Positions 1 through 1,996 of a stretch of DNA of 1,996 bases are shown one piece after another (positions within the stretch are counted from its first letter, which is position 1; every line of letters begins with the position of its first letter). A model generated the notes under the pieces. It was not told where the DNA came from. It saw only the letters and a list, made by a program, of their open reading frames with translations, and did no database searches. The DNA is from Escherichia coli. GTDB lineage: Bacteria > Pseudomonadota > Gammaproteobacteria > Enterobacterales > Enterobacteriaceae. The stretch lies in assembly GCF_003334405.1 (NCBI RefSeq), contig NZ_QOWM01000041.1; one strand, 5' to 3'. A program made the translations under genes and the position numbers.

Positions 1-810
1 AACCAGATGGACCCGGTGTACACGCCGGCGCGAAAAATCCACCTGTACCACTGCGACCATCGCGGCCTGCCGCTGGCGCTTGTCAGCACGGAAGGGGCAA
101 CAGAATGGTGCGCAGAATACGATGAATGGGGCAACCTGCTGAATGAAGAGAACCCGCATCAGCTGCAGCAGCTTATCCGCCTGCCGGGGCAGCAGTATGA
201 TGAGGAGTCCGGCCTGTATTACAACCGCCACCGCTATTATGACCCGCTGCAGGGGAGGTATATCACTCAGGATCCGATTGGGCTGAAGGGGGGATGGAAT
301 TTTTATCAGTATCCGCTGAATCCGGTTCAGTATATAGATTCAATGGGACTGGCATCAAAATATGGACACTTAAATAATGGCGGATATGGAGCGAGACCCA
401 ACAAACCGCCTACGCCCGATCCAAGTAAATTGCCGGACATAGCGAAACAATTAAGACTGCCATATCCTATTGACCAGGCCAGTAGTGCGCCTAATGTTTT
501 CAAAACATTCTTCAGAGCATTAAGCCCTTACGACTACACACTGTATTGCAGGAAGTGGGTAAAACCAAATCTGACTTGTACGCCACAGGATGATTCCCAG
601 TATCCAGGGATGGATACAAAGACAGCAAGTGATTACCTGCCACAGACAAATTGGCCAACAACTCAATTACCACCAGGATATACTTGTGCAGAACCCTATT
701 TATTCCCAGACATTAATAAACCCGATGGGCCAGCAACAGCAGGGATAGATGATTTGGGTGAAATTTTAGCTAAGATGAAACAGAGAACATCGAGAGGAAT
801 AAGAAAATGA
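1..810 (+). CDS. ybfO: Rhs-family protein, 3' portion only (5'-partial; reading frame is open from base 1, so the ATG at 7 is an internal Met). Contains the end of the RHS repeat-associated core and a 152-aa variable C-terminal (CT) toxin domain of unknown activity; possibly an orphan Rhs core-CT fragment
   Basis: Translation carries the hallmark end-of-core motifs of Rhs proteins: [76 protein letters not shown] is at nt 226-246, DPIGL at 271-285 and the terminal DSMGL at 337-351. Composition switches from GC-rich to AT-rich at about nt 290-350, as expected at an Rhs core/CT junction. Stop TGA at 808-810. The symbol is from memory of the K-12 RhsC-region gene order and was not verified by search. 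Confidence 0.9.
223..351 (+). other. Rhs core/CT boundary: putative aspartyl-protease autoprocessing region ([21 protein letters not shown] ... [10 protein letters not shown]), with predicted release of the CT domain after Leu115 (nt 349-351)
   Basis: Seen in sequence: two D-x-x-G-L motifs 22 residues apart, DPIGL (aa 89-93 of the ORF-track numbering) and DSMGL (aa 111-115). Established knowledge: in Rhs and Tc-toxin RHS cages a PxxxxDPxGL motif marks the C-terminal autoproteolysis site, and the variable toxin domain starts immediately after it. The conserved Pro is replaced by Ser here. Confidence 0.7.
352..810 (+). other. Variable C-terminal (CT) toxin domain of the Rhs protein, 152 aa, Pro-rich, 3 Cys, no motif I can assign to a known toxin family
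   Basis: Sequence downstream of the DSMGL motif is AT-rich and shows none of the core consensus, as expected for a polymorphic-toxin tip. I could not find HNH-type, PD-(D/E)xK-type or deaminase-type motifs by eye. Confidence 0.6.
792..798 (+). promoter_or_regulatory. Shine-Dalgarno (GAGAGGA) for the immunity gene, lying inside the 3' end of the Rhs CT coding sequence; indicates translational coupling
   Basis: Purine-rich GAGG/AGGA core with an 8-nt spacer to ATG 807; start and stop codons overlap. Confidence 0.55.
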
Positions 811-863
811 AAAGAGTTTTGTTCTTTTTGCTGATGATATTTGTTAGTTTTGGTGTTATAGCT
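807..863 (+). other. Signal peptide of the putative immunity protein (aa 1-19, predicted SPase I cleavage after VIA)
   Basis: KR at positions 2-3, then a 13-residue hydrophobic stretch [13 protein letters not shown], then small residues at -3 and -1 (V-I-A). Not a canonical lipobox because Asp sits at -1 relative to Cys21. Confidence 0.6.
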
Positions 864-1376
864 GATTGCGAAATACAAGCTAAAGATCATGATTGTTTTA
901 CTATTTTCGCTAAGGGTACTATTTTTTCCGCGTTTCCTGTCTTAAATAATAAAGCCATGTGGAGATGGTATCAGAATGAGGACATCGGTGAGTATTATTG
1001 GCAAACAGAACTGGGTACATGTAAAAATAATAAATTCACACCAAGCGGGGCGAGACTCTTAATTCGCGTCGGGTCACTACGCCTTAATGAAAATCATGCC
1101 ATCAAAGGAACGTTGCAGGAGTTGATAAATACAGCAGAAAAAACGGCGTTTCTCGGCGATCGGTTTAGAAGTTATATAAGAGCGGGTATCTATCAAAAAA
1201 AGAGCAGTGATCCAGTTCAGTTGTTGGCAGTCCTTGATAATTCAATCATGGTAAAATATTTTAAAGATGAGAAACCAACTTATGCTCGAATGACAGCACA
1301 TCTCCCGAACAAAAATGAGTCTTACGAATGTTTAATAAAGATACAGCATGAACTAATTCGTAGTGAAGAGAAATAA
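807..1376 (+). CDS. ybfC: Putative Rhs immunity protein, 189 aa, with a predicted Sec signal peptide (exported, probably periplasmic)
   Basis: ORF starts at ATG 807 and overlaps the upstream stop by 4 bp (ATGA at 807-810), with a GAGAGGA Shine-Dalgarno 8 nt upstream. This is the classic position of an immunity gene directly 3' of an Rhs CT. N-terminus [19 protein letters not shown]|DC has a basic n-region, hydrophobic core and V-I-A cleavage site; the mature part has 4 Cys. AT-rich like the CT it follows. Stop TAA at 1374-1376. The symbol is from memory of an E. coli K-12 189-aa secreted protein and was not verified. Confidence 0.8.
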
Positions 1377-1458
1377 AATCTCTTCCTGAGAAAACAAATT
1401 AATCATTGTGAAAAATTATATAACTCATGGAATAGGTGTTTATTTTGCGTTCCATTTG

Positions 1459-1616
1459 CAGGGAAAGATCACGTAACGCTACTTTTTTGTACTAAATAAT
1501 TCGAATTTTAAGTTCAACAATTGAGATACTACTTATTGTCTAAAGCTGTTTTTCATAGCTTATACATGATCAAATACTCCTTACATAAATAAGGTGAACA
1601 AATGGAACTTAAAAAA
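1459..1616 (+). repeat. Direct repeat copy 1 (pairs with 1839-1996; period 380 bp)
   Basis: Hand alignment at offset 380: 150 of 158 identical. All 8 mismatches fall at 1504, 1511, 1515, 1518, 1529, 1531, 1538 and 1539. Confidence 0.9.
1591..1596 (+). promoter_or_regulatory. Shine-Dalgarno (AAGGTG) for the H-rpt transposase ORF; an identical site recurs at 1971-1976
   Basis: AAGGTG with a 5-nt spacer before ATG 1602. Confidence 0.5.
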
Positions 1617-1856
1617 TTGATGGAACATATTTCTATTACACCCGATTACAGACAAGCCTGGAAAGTGGTGCATAAATTGTCAGATATTCTACTGTTGACT
1701 ATTTGTGCCGTTATTTCTGGTGCAGAAGGTTGGGAAGATATAGAGGATTTCGGGGAAACACATCTCGATTTTTTGAAGCAATATGGTGATTTTGAAAATG
1801 GTATTCCTGTTCACGATACCATTGCCAGAGTTGTATCCCAGGGAAAGATCACGTAA
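1602..1856 (+). pseudogene. ybfQ: Truncated H-repeat-associated (ISAs1-family) transposase, N-terminal fragment (84 aa); the last 5 codons (QGKIT) and the stop come from the repeat junction
   Basis: AAGGTG Shine-Dalgarno at 1591-1596 and ATG at 1602. Homologous sequence ends at codon 79 (nt 1838), exactly where the second copy of the upstream leader begins; the frame then reads into that leader and stops at TAA 1854-1856. Full-length proteins of this family are several-fold longer. The symbol is from memory and was not verified. Confidence 0.75.
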
Positions 1857-1996
1857 CGCTACTTTTTTGTACTAAATAATTCGCATTTTATGTTTAAAAA
1901 TTGAGATATTCCTTATTACCTAAAGCTGTTTTTCATAGCTTATACATGATCAAATACTCCTTACATAAATAAGGTGAACAAATGGAACTTAAAAAA
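1839..1996 (+). mobile_element. Second H-rpt copy, 5' end (leader plus start of transposase ORF), continuing beyond the window
   Basis: 150 of 158 positions identical to 1459-1616, including the SD and ATG, with the last 76 bp identical. Confidence 0.75.
1839..1996 (+). repeat. Direct repeat copy 2 (pairs with 1459-1616); truncated by the window end
   Basis: Same alignment as copy 1. The repeat is still perfectly matching at the last base of the window, so it almost certainly extends further. Confidence 0.9.
1982..1996 (+). CDS. ybfL: Start of the next H-repeat-associated transposase ORF (MELKK...), 3'-partial, runs off the window
   Basis: ATGGAACTTAAAAAA at 1982-1996 is identical to the start of the 1602 ORF and is preceded by the same SD (AAGGTG at 1971-1976). 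Only 5 codons are visible, so whether it is intact cannot be judged. The symbol is from memory only. Confidence 0.5.

Larger units (their letters stand above)
1459..1838 (+). mobile_element. H-repeat (H-rpt, ISAs1-family IS) 5' fragment: 143-bp leader plus the first 79 codons of the transposase gene, ending abruptly at a junction with the next copy
   Basis: Encoded N-terminus [79 protein letters not shown] is the characteristic N-terminus of H-repeat-associated (ISAs1-type) transposases found next to Rhs elements. The unit boundary is defined by where the direct repeat restarts at 1839. Confidence 0.75.

Noticed and set aside
7-9. ATG at position 7 as the true start codon of the first ORF
   Set aside because: The frame is open from base 1 (N-Q-M...), and the encoded sequence is an internal part of the conserved Rhs core, so the gene must begin upstream of the window.
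352-810. Assigning the CT domain to a known nuclease or deaminase toxin family
   Set aside because: I could not find HNH, PD-(D/E)xK, or HxxE/CxxC deaminase-type motifs by eye, so the function is left as unknown.
807-869. Lipoprotein (SPase II) signal for the immunity protein, based on Cys21
   Set aside because: The residues before the Cys (I-A-D-C) do not fit a lipobox because Asp at -1 is disfavoured. SPase I cleavage after V-I-A is more consistent.
696-890. 64-aa ORF on the minus strand spanning the toxin/immunity junction
   Set aside because: It lies entirely inside two well-supported plus-strand genes, has no recognisable Shine-Dalgarno, and its translation looks like low-complexity antisense product of AT-rich coding sequence. 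Most likely spurious.
1379-1395. Possible terminator hairpin just after the immunity gene stop (TCTC-ttcct-GAGA)
   Set aside because: Only a 4-bp stem and it is followed by AAAAC rather than a U-tract, so it is not a credible intrinsic terminator.
1406-1424. Sigma-70 promoter-like hexamers (TTGTGA ... TATAAC) in the spacer upstream of the H-rpt leader
   Set aside because: The spacing between the candidate -35 and -10 is only about 7 bp. In a region this AT-rich, hexamer matches are expected by chance.
1521-1566. Candidate promoter for the H-rpt transposase (TTGAGA at 1521-1526 or TTGTCT at 1536-1541, with TATACA at 1561-1566)
   Set aside because: No pairing gives both a good -10 and 16-18 bp spacing. 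Left as a hypothesis under the mismatch-cluster finding rather than annotated as a feature.
1459-1996. The 380-bp-period direct repeat as a CRISPR array or other short tandem array
   Set aside because: Only two copies, each over 150 bp, and carrying an RBS and coding sequence; this is IS duplication, not a CRISPR repeat-spacer structure.

Overview
This window looks like the 3' end of an Rhs (rearrangement hotspot) toxin locus, read left to right on the + strand. (1) 1..810 is the 3' part of an Rhs-family gene, truncated by the window start: the GC-rich end of the conserved core, then an AT-rich 152-codon variable C-terminal (CT) domain of unknown activity. (2) 807..1376 is a 189-aa ORF overlapping it by 4 bp (ATGA), with an N-terminal signal peptide, best read as the cognate immunity protein. 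(3) 1377..1458 is a short AT-rich spacer. (4) From about 1459 there are tandem partial copies of an H-repeat (ISAs1-family) insertion element: a 380-bp unit holding a 143-bp leader plus the first 79 codons of the transposase gene, followed at 1839 by a second copy that restarts and runs off the window. The junction leaves an 84-aa truncated transposase ORF (1602..1856). From memory, not from any search, the layout and proteins resemble the E. coli K-12 RhsC-region genes ybfO, ybfC, ybfQ and ybfL; the gene symbols given are recollection only. No tRNA, rRNA, CRISPR array or convincing intrinsic terminator was seen. The most interesting element is the uncharacterised CT domain paired with an apparently exported, cysteine-containing immunity protein, which points to a toxin acting outside the cytoplasm.
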